Of a stretch of DNA of 64,000 nt, positions 9,964-19,707 are shown in pieces. The notes beneath the pieces are model-generated. The model was not told the origin of the DNA. It saw only the letters and a list, made by a program, of their open reading frames with translations, and searched no databases. The stretch spans positions 192,001-256,000 of the forward strand of contig CAYQCW010000001.1 in NCBI GenBank assembly GCA_964416155.1, read 5' to 3'. The position numbers and the translations under genes are program-made. The stretch's first letter is position 1. Every line of letters starts with the position of its first letter. The DNA comes from an uncultured Nitrososphaerota archaeon. GTDB lineage: Archaea > Thermoproteota > EX4484-205 > JAAOZP01.

Positions 9964-11222
9964 TCATGCTGCGCGCGCTAGCCCGTTCGCAACGAGGAAT
10001 GCCTTAACCTGTTGAATATAATCCGGTTTCACAGTAATGTTTACGGGGAGTGTTGAAACATACGCTGCCAAGGTTGATCTTGAAACCTCCGTCCAGTCAT
10101 CTACGTTCCCAACCTGGTAGACACCTATCCTACTGGTTTGAGGATTATAAAACACAACCATGGTGACGTAGGCCACTTGAGCGCTTATCGAGTAAAACGG
10201 TAGTATAAATAGCGGTGTGTTATTAACAAGCCGACCATAAGGCTGCCCTCAACCCATGACCCCGCGCGTCTGGTGTAGAGTCAATATTTGTTGAACAGCA
10301 GGATGGTGAAGAATACTTTCCATTATCGCGAAGCCTCGGAACCCTGTTTTGAAACAGGATGAACTCCTTACTGCCAGGAGTGAAAACATAAGCGCCGACA
10401 ATGTTCACGGAATCTCCGGGGTTCTGCTGATAGTTCTCAACTATGCACAGGGCCACGTACCGGTTTTCCAAGGAAACGTATCTTATGTCGAAAACGCTTT
10501 GCGAATATATTCTTCCACTGGAGTCTCTAGGATAGTCCAGCATACCTGTGCTCCTATACTAGGAGTCGTAATCCGAGCTTTAAATCCTGTAAGTATTGTA
10601 AACGTCTATTATGCTTCACATAATGTTTTTAATGTATCTTACCTGCGGCTTAAGCCAAGACGGTATTGGCCTAACCCAAGAAGGATATAGGGATTTAAGC
10701 GCGTTAACAACATAGTTATCACTGTTCAAGGACTCATATGTAGCCTTGAATACTGACGTCTGAAACGTTTACCGGATTATGGAGAAAAGCCTTCTCAAGC
10801 AGCCTCCGTTTTCCACGCCATACTTCTCCGTGGCAGCGTAGCCAGTGTAAACAGGCTTCTCAACAAAGGTTTAGAAAGCAAGGTAAAGATTCCCGTCGGG
10901 GTCTACAACCGGATATGGTGCTGGCACACCCGTCCTAGGGTCGGTTTCAACGACTAGAAGCGGCGCTTTTATCGCTGAAATCCTTTCGCAAGCGCCTCTA
11001 GTGATCAAAGCGTTTAAAGCATCCCCGTAGCCTCCTGAAGCTATGTCGAGCCTTCCTTTAAGAAGGAAGTAGGCCGCGCGAACCCATCCTGAGAAAACAT
11101 AGTCAGGCGGGCCGGTGTATTTCACAGTTCCAGCTTCCCTCCATTTGCCCGTGTCAACGAACACTATTTCCCTTTCTCTGAAAAGCCCCCCCTAGACCAT
11201 AGTATACGGGAGGCGCGCGCTA
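9964..11222 (-). pseudogene. Probable decayed gene(s) of unknown function
   Basis: Fragments 10871-11164 and 10223-10543 share a frame, separated by five stops (10871, 10769, 10616, 10580, 10559). A G7 run near 11186-11192 breaks the upstream frame. Fragment 9964-10176 is in another frame. Confidence 0.5.
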
Positions 11223-11260
11223 CCCAGCAAGCTTTTAAGCTTATCTTAGGGGAACTGTTT

Positions 11261-12310
11261 TTGCGAAAGCACCTAAGGTTTTTAACCCTCCAACCCGACA
11301 ATGACGCGGCCTTGAGCAGAACACTTGGCAAGGTTCCTCCGAGAATACTTGAGAGAATAGTGTTTTCAAACCTCGGTGCCACCAGCAGGAGAGTTATTGT
11401 CGGCCCAGGCATAGGCGTCGACAACAGCGTGATATCTTTAGATGGTGTTAAGATAATTGTTTCAAGCGACCCTGTTACGGGAGCTAGGGAGAACCTAGGC
11501 AGGATTGGCGTCGACGTTTCAACCAACGACGTAGCACTCACAGGGGTGAAGCCGGAGTTTCTCCTCATCGTGCTGATCCTCCCTCCTGCAGCTAGCCATG
11601 AGGAGATCAGGAGGATAATGAGGCAGGCCAGCGTTGAGGCCGAGAGGCTTGGGGTCGCTATTGTTGGTGGGCACACGGAGTACGCAAGTATCGTGGAGAA
11701 CCCTGTTTTCGTGGGGACGGCAATAGGATGGACTAGGCGTAGGAGGCTTATTACGTCAAGCGGAGCTAAAGCCGGTGAAAACATAGTGATGGTTGGGGAG
11801 GCTGGTGTTGAAGGAACCTCCATTCTCGCTTCCGACCTTAGGGAGAAGCTGGTGGATAAGGGTGTTCCGTCGCAAGTCTTGGGGAGAGCGAGAAGGCTTG
11901 TTAAAAACCTGAGCATAGTTGAGCCCGCGCTGGTCTCCGCAGAATATGCTTCAGCAATGCATGACCCTACTGAAGGCGGTGTGCTCGGCGGTATATTCGA
12001 AATATGCGAAGCCTCTGGGAAGGGATGCGTCATAAACATTCAGTCAATACCAGTCAGGAGGGAGACTAGAATAATATGCGAGAGGCTTGGGATAGACCCT
12101 CTTAGGCTCGTAAGCTCCGGAACCCTTTTGGCAACAGTGAGCGAGTCTAAAACAGCGAGGCTGCTGAGAAAGCTTCACGAGAGGGGTTTTAAGGCACGCG
12201 TCATAGGAAGGGTGACGAGAAACAGGGGTGAAAAGATTGGGCTACTCGGCAGTGGAGAAATCAGGATAAACGAGCTTCCTCAAGACGAGCTTTGGAAAGC
12301 TATCGGCTGA
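11261..12310 (+). CDS. AIR synthase-related (PurM/HypE/ThiL fold) protein
   Basis: GKVP, GPGIGVD, SSDPVTG, NDVA..G, IVGGHTE, MHDPTEGG. True start is probably TTG 11312. Confidence 0.88.
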   Translation: MRKHLRFLTLQPDNDAALSRTLGKVPPRILERIVFSNLGATSRRVIVGPGIGVDNSVISLDGVKIIVSSDPVTGARENLGRIGVDVSTNDVALTGVKPEFLLIVLILPPAASHEEIRRIMRQASVEAERLGVAIVGGHTEYASIVENPVFVGTAIGWTRRRRLITSSGAKAGENIVMVGEAGVEGTSILASDLREKLVDKGVPSQVLGRARRLVKNLSIVEPALVSAEYASAMHDPTEGGVLGGIFEICEASGKGCVINIQSIPVRRETRIICERLGIDPLRLVSSGTLLATVSESKTARLLRKLHERGFKARVIGRVTRNRGEKIGLLGSGEIRINELPQDELWKAIG

Positions 12311-13046
12311 ATAACCTTGGCTGACCTATCCTCCTCCTAACCGCGTTGTAAAGCGGCACAGCTATAAGCGTCCCAAGGAAGGCTTGAGCAAAGTTCGCAG
12401 GCACCTCGAATATTGCTCCCAGCTGATATAGGAAAAGCTGATAGAAGAAGTATCCTAAAACCATTTCGAAACCCCCTATGAAACACGGCACTATTAACAA
12501 CAGGTTCTCCCTGTAAACTCTCAATATAAAGATCAGCGAAGCCGCTAGAACAATAAGGATTGAGAAGAGGATAGGTTGATAGGCTACTGTAGCAGAGTAT
12601 TTTCCAAGCAACGACACCTCAGCCTCCCCGGAGAAAAGAACTATGACTAATATTATTCCGAGAATCACTGCGGGAACCGGTAGGAAAACAGTTAAGAGGC
12701 GAGTGCTACGGGACTCGCTTCGCGCGAAAACCTCGTGGAGGAAGCCGGTTAGAAAGCCTTCAACACCTTTAATGATCAGGGTGGCGGGAGCATACACAGT
12801 ATACCCTAAGAATAGGTCGCTCAGCATAGATCCTAATCCGCCTGCGACAAACCCTACAAAGGGGCCGAATAATAAAGCGGTTAGGAAGACCATGGAGTCA
12901 CCCAGGTTAAAGTATCCCCTAGTTGCCGGAATGTAGATTGAGATGGATGCTGTCGCCACTAAGACCAGTGTGGTAGACAGGGCTGTTGAAGAGACAAGCC
13001 TAGCCTTTGAATCGTTTCGGCCGAGCACGAGTAGAGAATCCACCAA
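12300..13046 (-). CDS. ECF transporter S component (HmpT/PdxU2-like), enlarged
   Basis: IPATRGYFNLGD, LLFGP..GF..GGLGS.LSD, APATLIIKG.EG, EVP.N..Q. Confidence 0.85.
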   Translation of the reverse strand: MVDSLLVLGRNDSKARLVSSTALSTTLVLVATASISIYIPATRGYFNLGDSMVFLTALLFGPFVGFVAGGLGSMLSDLFLGYTVYAPATLIIKGVEGFLTGFLHEVFARSESRSTRLLTVFLPVPAVILGIILVIVLFSGEAEVSLLGKYSATVAYQPILFSILIVLAASLIFILRVYRENLLLIVPCFIGGFEMVLGYFFYQLFLYQLGAIFEVPANFAQAFLGTLIAVPLYNAVRRRIGQPRLFSR

Positions 13047-13094
13047 TGGAATAAAAAACTTACCTTCATATCATCTTATATTAAGGTCTCTGTC

Positions 13095-13198
13095 TTTAGC
13101 GCACTACCCCCATACTTTGAATAGGGTTTCGGTTTCCAGGCATGGGCCCATCCCGCGGCTTCAGGGCTGCGTAAAGCCCGCTAAGCTACTTCTCAATC
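13095..13198. ncRNA. Candidate structured or degenerate C/D-like small RNA
   Basis: GC-rich intergenic tract closed by TTAGCG/CGCTAA, with internal hairpins. The minus strand has CTGA and CCGA D-like boxes. Confidence 0.25.
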
Positions 13199-14020
13199 TT
13201 ACTGTTTCAAAGCCAGTTTCAAAAGGTAGCATGCTGAAAACAGGATGATCGAGACTAAGGCTATTGCGCCGCTAGTCGGAATATCGTAGAGCAATGATAC
13301 TGCAATACCCCCCAGCCCAGATATAACTTCAACTATGAAAGCCGCTAGCAGCATCATGCCTACGCGGCGGGCTAGCAGCCTCGAGACCGCTGCAGGGATT
13401 ACGAGAAGCGTGACGGAAAGAAGAATGCCCATGGTTCTCGCCACGACAGCGGCAGTTATCGCTGAAACAGCGAATAGCAGCGAGTCGTATAGTCCAGTTT
13501 TAAGGCCGAATGATTCAGCAGTCTCAATGTCGAAGCAAATATAGATAAACTCCCCGTAAAACATTATGGTGGCAATCAGTGCAACGGTTGATGCAGCCGC
13601 CAGGCTGAGCACATCCATTTCTGAAAGTAGTAGAAGGTCGCTCACAAGATAACTGTCAACCAAAATCCTCCTGTCTATCGGCAGGTAGCTTCTTATGATC
13701 GTGTAGAGCATCACGCTTACAGCAAGGGAAACGCTGAGCATCATGCCCAAGGCTTGCTGACTGCTCCTACCGACACGGGAAACAAGTATGGATGTTGCCA
13801 CGCAGAATACTATTGCAAATACAAACGGGTCTCCCACCCCTGGAAGAAAAGCCTGGATTAAAACACCTACTGCTGCACCCCCTAAGGCGGCGTGTGAAAT
13901 CTCAGGAGTAATGTAGAGAGCTCCTCTTAAAAGCATGATTGCTGAAATCGGTGCTGAGAACGATGTGAAAATAACCCCTAGGATTGCTCTTAAAACAAAC
14001 GGGTCAAGCATGTTTATCAC
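13199..14020 (-). CDS. Metal (Zn/Mn) ABC transporter permease
   Basis: ISHAALGG, FDIETAESFG, GILLSVTLLVIPA, DIPTSGAI. Confidence 0.9.
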   Translation of the reverse strand: MINMLDPFVLRAILGVIFTSFSAPISAIMLLRGALYITPEISHAALGGAAVGVLIQAFLPGVGDPFVFAIVFCVATSILVSRVGRSSQQALGMMLSVSLAVSVMLYTIIRSYLPIDRRILVDSYLVSDLLLLSEMDVLSLAAASTVALIATIMFYGEFIYICFDIETAESFGLKTGLYDSLLFAVSAITAAVVARTMGILLSVTLLVIPAAVSRLLARRVGMMLLAAFIVEVISGLGGIAVSLLYDIPTSGAIALVSIILFSACYLLKLALKQ

Positions 14021-14783
14021 CCAGTATTAAGATCCTTCGACCCTCTCTTTCAACAGTTCTTAAACAGGGATAGAAAGGTTTCAGCCTATCCTCGCTTAAA
14101 ACCACACTTGGATCGCCGTATAAGCATACAAACCTGTTTAAAACAAGAATCCTGTCGGTAAGCTCTATTATAGGGTCAACCTCGTGATCCACGATAACTA
14201 TGGTTCTTCCCCTCTCCTTCAACGTTTTGAAAACTTTAATCAAGTATTCCTGACTCTCGGAATCTAGCCCTGCGAACACCTCGTCCAGCAGTAGAAGCAG
14301 CGGGTCGGATGCTAATGCCCTCGCTATCAGGACCCTTCTCTGCTGCCCCCCGCTTAGCTCGTTGAAAAAGGACCCCCAGTGTTCCTCCATACCTAAGCAT
14401 GCTAGAGCCCTTCTCGCGGATTCAACATCATCCTTTGAAACAGCTCTGGGAAAACTTTTTCTCAAGACTATCCCCATCAGGACGGCTTCGTTCACCCTTA
14501 ACGGGGTTTCGTAGGAAACCATGTCTTTCTGCGGGACGTAGCCAACGAGCCTTCTGAGCCTGCCGTAGTCAGTCACGGGGTTTAACCCGAGCACTTTAAC
14601 GCTTCCCTTGAAAGGCTTAACCATGCCTAGGAGAAGCCTTAAAAGCGTAGTCTTGCCAGCACCGTTCGGCCCGACGACAGTTATGAACGACGGGGACTCA
14701 ACCTGGAAGCTAACATCCTCCAACGCCATGTACCCATCCAGCCTCACGGAAACGTTTTCGACAGATATCACTGGAACACTCAT
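14004..14783 (-). CDS. Metal ABC transporter ATP-binding protein
   Basis: GPNGAGKTT, GYVPQ, LSGGQQRRV, LLLDE, DH. Confidence 0.95.
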   Translation of the reverse strand: MSVPVISVENVSVRLDGYMALEDVSFQVESPSFITVVGPNGAGKTTLLRLLLGMVKPFKGSVKVLGLNPVTDYGRLRRLVGYVPQKDMVSYETPLRVNEAVLMGIVLRKSFPRAVSKDDVESARRALACLGMEEHWGSFFNELSGGQQRRVLIARALASDPLLLLLDEVFAGLDSESQEYLIKVFKTLKERGRTIVIVDHEVDPIIELTDRILVLNRFVCLYGDPSVVLSEDRLKPFYPCLRTVEREGRRILILGDKHA

Positions 14784-15799
14784 GATTTACTCCTCCTAAC
14801 CAAGATTATTGTTTCAAGCACGATCACCAGCAGGGCTGCAAGCGTTGTCAGAAGGTAAATGTTAAGCCCGCTTGAAACAGTACCCCGCTCAGATAAGAGT
14901 GCACCGTAAACCTGCCCAGCATTATAGTACATTACTGAATCGTAATCCTTCACACCGCTTGCCGAAACTACTGAAACGTAAGCTATGTTGCAACCCGTAT
15001 CCTTAGAGACTTCTCGCAGAGCATTCTGGATCCCACTCATCAATAAAGCAGTGTCGGAGACAACTATGCAAGCATACTCTCCAGACTTAAGCCCGTCGTA
15101 AACCCTGCTCAACGATCCTGGGCTTATAGCCTCGCCTTCACCAACCAGCACAGCACCTGCTTTCAAACCCATGGCTTCAACAACGTATTGCTCTTCATAG
15201 AAACCTATGACAACCCTCCTCCCAGACGAACCATGCTTCTCCGAAAGCCTTTCAAGAAAAATCTTTAGAGACGACACTTTCTCCTCGAAAAGCCTGTAGT
15301 TAAACCAGTATTCCTCTGAATGCTCAGGCCTCAAGGTTGAAAGCCTGTCTCTCAGAGCTCTCGCAATCAGGACAGCATTATCGGGCAGAAGCCAGAAGCC
15401 GTGAGTATTCCTCCCTCCCTCCAGCTCAAGAATAGTGCCATTTCTCTCAACCAGCTCAAGCAGGTTTAGCGATATTGAACCGGTTTCAACACCTCTTTCC
15501 TCTGCAACCCGTTTCACAAGGTCCTCCTCCCACTCCATGTGGCCGGTTATAACGATCAGGTCAGCATCGGAAGCGTTTCTCACAACACTGGGAGTAAGGG
15601 TGAAGCCATGTGGCTCAGCATCACCGGGAACAATCGAATAGACTTCCCCAGTACTGCCTGTTACAGAGGAGACAATCGGTCTCAGAATATCCAGCGTGAC
15701 AACTATCTTTGTCTTCCCATCCAGCCTAGCATAAGTAGGCATGGGTAAAAATGTTAGGAGTAACGTGAGGAGCATGATTCCAACCGTGTTCCTCAGCAA
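14780..15799 (-). CDS. Metal ABC substrate-binding protein (ZnuA/TroA family) with C-terminal membrane anchor
   Basis: Signal peptide, AEPHGF, NTHGFWL, C-terminal TM helix. Confidence 0.88.
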   Translation of the reverse strand: MLRNTVGIMLLTLLLTFLPMPTYARLDGKTKIVVTLDILRPIVSSVTGSTGEVYSIVPGDAEPHGFTLTPSVVRNASDADLIVITGHMEWEEDLVKRVAEERGVETGSISLNLLELVERNGTILELEGGRNTHGFWLLPDNAVLIARALRDRLSTLRPEHSEEYWFNYRLFEEKVSSLKIFLERLSEKHGSSGRRVVIGFYEEQYVVEAMGLKAGAVLVGEGEAISPGSLSRVYDGLKSGEYACIVVSDTALLMSGIQNALREVSKDTGCNIAYVSVVSASGVKDYDSVMYYNAGQVYGALLSERGTVSSGLNIYLLTTLAALLVIVLETIILVRRSKS

Positions 15800-16242
15800 C
15801 CGGACCTGCCTCCTGGAATATGGTTTCTATGAGGACAGGTCTTAGGATGGCCGAGAGCACTACACATGGAGTCAACAATCTTATCAGGAAGATATTGTTC
15901 AACCATGCTCGCGAATTCGCAAGCATCCTCCAGACTGATTGAAAGAACCCTGTACACGTATGTTTCGAAAACCCTGTGGTTCCTGATTATCCTGTTGACC
16001 TCCTCCAATCCTTTTTTCGAAAGGCTCGCTCCCCTCCAAAGATATCTTTTAAGCATGCCCTTTTCCTCTAGTCTTCCAAGATATTCGCTTGCAGTCGCAC
16101 ATGAAACCCCCATCGCATCCGCTACTTCAAGGCTTCCAACCATATCTCTTCCTGAAAGCAGTTTGAAAACCATCTTAAGATACTCAATCTCTTTCCCAGT
16201 CAGGCTCTTCGAAGCATGTTTTGAAGCTCCCGATTCAGGCAT
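15793..16242 (-). CDS. DtxR/MntR family metal-dependent transcriptional repressor
   Basis: EYLK, HTH VA..MGVS.ATAS, RNHRVFE, GHPKTCPH. Confidence 0.92.
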   Translation of the reverse strand: MPESGASKHASKSLTGKEIEYLKMVFKLLSGRDMVGSLEVADAMGVSCATASEYLGRLEEKGMLKRYLWRGASLSKKGLEEVNRIIRNHRVFETYVYRVLSISLEDACEFASMVEQYLPDKIVDSMCSALGHPKTCPHRNHIPGGRSGC

Positions 16243-16247
16243 GCGTT

Positions 16248-16280
16248 AATTTTAAGGAAGCTCCTAAATTTAAGTTTTCA
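16248..16280 (-). promoter_or_regulatory. Promoter with candidate DtxR-family operator
   Basis: Minus strand reads GAAAA-CTTAAAT (BRE/TATA), then the imperfect palindrome TTTAGG-AGCTT-CCTTAA just before the ATG at 16242. Confidence 0.6.
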
Positions 16281-16553
16281 AGGCAGGCTCCCATTAAGGG
16301 GCCTTATTCCACTGTTGATTAATCCCGTTACAGTGGATACGGGTGTATAAATAGGGTTTTTCAACTATTGTTTTTATTATGTTGCTATATTTGTTTAAAG
16401 CATGGTTGTGTCGTTTTGCGACACAATCCTTTAATATCTCTACGAATTATTGTGAGATAGGTTTGAAGGAGCTCAAACCGGTTCCGATTACATTTTCCTC
16501 CAACCATGTTCTTATTTGCCTTACGTTGTCTCCTTCTTTTCGGAGAATGAGAC

Positions 16554-16820
16554 TTGGTAAGCGTGTCTGAAGATTGGGCAAAGAAAATACTTGTTTCTAT
16601 CGATAAAACGACATATAAACTTGTCGGAGTACCTGATTGGTCAAGCCATCGGGGTACTAGGATTACTATCGAGCTCCATGTGGTGGAGGAGAACAAGGAT
16701 GAGGAGAGAGCACTTAAAGACAGTAAAGTTTTATACAGCGACGAAATTAAAGAAGGCCGATTTATTACCGGAGAATTCTTGATGAGTGACGTATGGAAAT
16801 CTACGGAGAACACTTCATGA
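16554..16820 (+). CDS. Hypothetical protein in AT-rich island
   Basis: 88 aa ORF; its TGA overlaps the next ATG (ATGA, 16817). Confidence 0.5.
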   Translation: MVSVSEDWAKKILVSIDKTTYKLVGVPDWSSHRGTRITIELHVVEENKDEERALKDSKVLYSDEIKEGRFITGEFLMSDVWKSTENTS

Positions 16821-17000
16821 AAATATTTGAAGAGCAGAAGGCGATGCTCGAAAAGTCTTTAAAGGTTAAGATTTTTGACCATAAAATTAGCATTTTTTAA
16901 TCACGATGCTGAAAACTATGAGATTAGACTTGAATTTGACGGTCAAGAGATTGAAATAAGAAGGGTTTTCAGCGTTCCTTTTCCAGAGAAGACCTCATAA
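16817..17000 (+). pseudogene. Frameshifted hypothetical gene
   Basis: MKIFEEQKAMLEKSLKVKIFDHKISIF* continues in the +1 frame after a T6 run (16893-16898) as NHDAENYEIRLEFDGQEIEIRRVF. Confidence 0.4.
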
Positions 17001-17085
17001 GTATACTCTGGAAATTTCTCGGAATGAAAAAACAGGAGAGATATGCTGGAGAGATAAGGCTGAGGAGGCTTATGTAAACACGTAT

Positions 17086-17292
17086 ATGCTGCTGAAGAAA
17101 CACTTTGAAACACTTGAACACTTCACATATCCCAATTCTTCAGATATTGGAGGTAAGTATACTCTGAGATACAAGGGGCATCTATTTCACATAATTGTTA
17201 ATCACTATTCTATGTCTATTCACTCGGATGCCCCCGTGAGCTATTCGATGAATTTAACACTCATCAAGGATGATCAGCGCGCAAATCGATGA
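17086..17292 (+). CDS. Hypothetical protein or fragment in AT-rich island
   Basis: 68 aa ORF with no recognisable motif. Confidence 0.3.
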   Translation: MLLKKHFETLEHFTYPNSSDIGGKYTLRYKGHLFHIIVNHYSMSIHSDAPVSYSMNLTLIKDDQRANR

Positions 17293-17479
17293 TGCGTGTA
17301 CCAGCATGTTTTTGCCGTCTATTGACGTAAGAAAACATGTAAAGAGCCGATCAGGAACAATTACATCGGCTAGAGACAGATGTGCTAATATAATCCGGAT
17401 TTTACGCTAGGCCTTGATTTAGATGAAAAGAACAAAAAAACACTCGAAAAGAGGATGGGACGATGAAAATCATTCCTTT

Positions 17480-19630
17480 TCAGACGAGAAAAAACTCCTC
17501 TTTCTCGCCGAACTTCCTGTATTTCTTAAGCATATCCTCTTTCAAACTGGGTTTAACGGTTTGAAGAGCTTTTTCAAAATCCTCCTTAGTCACCTTGTCA
17601 GCATCCCTTCTCAAAGCGTTTAAGCCAGCCTCCCTGCAGAGCGCCTCCAGGTCAGCCCCAGAGTAGCCCTCAGTCCTCTTTGCAACCTCCTCCAGGCTAA
17701 CGCCCTCCAAGGGCATTCTCCTCGTATGTATCTTAAGTATCTGGAGCCTTGAAGCCTCATCAGGCGGGGGAACATACAGCATTACTTCAAACCTTCCCGG
17801 CCTCATTATCGCAGGGTCGAGAAGTTCAGGCCTGTTAGTAGCGCCTATTATGATAATCCTCTCAATAGGGGTTAGCCCATCCATCTCTGTTAGAAGCTGG
17901 CTTACAACCCTCTCGGTTACGCCGCTGTCAGCCATGCTCATACCCCTCCTCGGAGCGATCGCGTCAACCTCATCCAGGAAGATTATTGAGGGTGAGGCGA
18001 GCCTAGCTTTCCTAAACACTTCTCTTATTGCTTTCTCAGACTCTCCAACCCATTTTGAGAAGATTTCTGGACCCTTAATGCTTATGAAGTTGGCCTCGCT
18101 CTCAGTCGCGACTGCTCTAGCGAGAAGAGTCTTCCCGCATCCCGGTGGGCCGTAGAGAAGTATCGCTTTAGGAGGCGTTATACCTAGTTTTTCAAACTTC
18201 TCCGGGGTCTTTATCGGGAGCTCAACGGTCTCCCTGAGCCTCCTCTTAATCTCCTCGAGCCCCCCGACGTCACTCCACCTGACCGTGGGAACCTCAACGT
18301 ATACTTCTCTCATAGCGGAGGGAGTTATTTCTTTAAACGCGTTCATGAAGTCCTCAGCCTTAACAACCATTTTCTCTAATACGGATTGAGGAATCCTCTC
18401 ATCCAGCTTTATCTCAGGCAAGTATCTTCTCAAAGCCTTCATCGCCGCCTCCCTGCATAGTGCAGCCAGGTCTGCACCAGTGTAGCCGTGCGTTATTTCA
18501 GACAGCTTCTTTAAGTCCACATCCTTGTCAAGCGGCATAGACCTAGTGTGTATCTGAAGTATTTCAAGCCTGCCCTGCTTATCGGGCACTCCTATCTCTA
18601 TCTCTCTGTCGAACCTCCCAGGCCTGCGTAAAGCAGGGTCAATCATGTTCGGAACATTCGTTGCGCCTATGACGATCACGTCACCCCTAGCCTTCAAACC
18701 ATCCATGAGCGCTAGAAGCTGAGCCACTACTCTTCTCTCAACCTCGCCGCCAACCTCCTCCCTCTTCGGCGCTATAGCGTCAATCTCGTCTATGAAGATT
18801 ATGCTCGGAGCCTTCTCCTGAGCCTCTTGGAAAACCCTTCTAAGCCTTTCCTCAGACTCGCCGTAAAACTTGCTCATTATCTCAGGCCCGTTTATAGAAA
18901 GGAAGTTGGCGTCAGACTCGTTTGCAACAGCCTTAGCAAGGAGCGTTTTACCAGTGCCAGGCGGGCCGTGGAGTAGCACGCCCTTAGGCGGCTCTATGCC
19001 CAGCCTCTGGAAAAGCTCAGGGTGTCTCAAGGGAAGCTCAACCATCTCCCTTATTCGCTGAATCTCCTCGTGTAAACCGCCAATATCCTCGTAAGTAACC
19101 CTTGGAATAGCCAGCTTCTCAGCAGCCTCTTCGCTCACTATCTGCATCCTAGTGTCTGGAGTAACCTTCACGAAGCCTCTCGGCTTAACCCGGACCACGG
19201 TGAGGCCGAGTGCTTGGCCGCCGAAGACCGGTACTGCAACTATATCGCCCTCGGTGAGGGGAGTGTCTATGAGCTTATCCCTAGCATAGTCTAGGAAATC
19301 CTCGTCCACGCTGGATATTCGCGTGCCCATTGGTGCTAACACGACTTCGCTAGCGTTCTCAACCTTATCCACCTTCCTGATCTTCACGTAGTCCCCTATC
19401 GCAACCCCGGCGCTCCTCCTTATCAGGCCGTCCATCCTCACTATCTTACGATCCTCATCCTCAGCGTAGCCGGGCCAGACTACTGCTGAAGCAGACTTCC
19501 TGCCAAGTATTTCGACAACGTCTCCAGTCTCAGCCTTAAGCTGAGCCATCTCCTTCCTCCCTATTCTAACTATCCTCCTGCCGACATCCCTCGGGCGTGC
19601 TTCAGCAACAACTAGTTGAACCTCACTCAT
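17480..19630 (-). CDS. cdc48: CDC48/VCP family AAA+ ATPase
   Basis: N domain plus two AAA modules ([27 protein letters not shown]). Confidence 0.97.
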   Translation of the reverse strand: MSEVQLVVAEARPRDVGRRIVRIGRKEMAQLKAETGDVVEILGRKSASAVVWPGYAEDEDRKIVRMDGLIRRSAGVAIGDYVKIRKVDKVENASEVVLAPMGTRISSVDEDFLDYARDKLIDTPLTEGDIVAVPVFGGQALGLTVVRVKPRGFVKVTPDTRMQIVSEEAAEKLAIPRVTYEDIGGLHEEIQRIREMVELPLRHPELFQRLGIEPPKGVLLHGPPGTGKTLLAKAVANESDANFLSINGPEIMSKFYGESEERLRRVFQEAQEKAPSIIFIDEIDAIAPKREEVGGEVERRVVAQLLALMDGLKARGDVIVIGATNVPNMIDPALRRPGRFDREIEIGVPDKQGRLEILQIHTRSMPLDKDVDLKKLSEITHGYTGADLAALCREAAMKALRRYLPEIKLDERIPQSVLEKMVVKAEDFMNAFKEITPSAMREVYVEVPTVRWSDVGGLEEIKRRLRETVELPIKTPEKFEKLGITPPKAILLYGPPGCGKTLLARAVATESEANFISIKGPEIFSKWVGESEKAIREVFRKARLASPSIIFLDEVDAIAPRRGMSMADSGVTERVVSQLLTEMDGLTPIERIIIIGATNRPELLDPAIMRPGRFEVMLYVPPPDEASRLQILKIHTRRMPLEGVSLEEVAKRTEGYSGADLEALCREAGLNALRRDADKVTKEDFEKALQTVKPSLKEDMLKKYRKFGEKEEFFLV

Positions 19631-19707
19631 GGTTTTCGAGAAAGGGCCCTGCCACTTAGATTTAAGCTTTCAACAAACCTGTTCACATTAGCCAGAGTAA
19701 AATAATC

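Noticed and set aside
10559-10873. Stop-codon recoding (Sec/Pyl) across in-frame stops
   Set aside because: The stops are a mix of TAA, TGA and TAG, which fits decay or chance rather than recoding.
13100-13185. Hammerhead ribozyme or FMN riboswitch resemblance
   Set aside because: The core is CUGAAGC rather than CUGANGA and stem I is poor. The FMN-like words are short, incomplete and antisense to the transporter.
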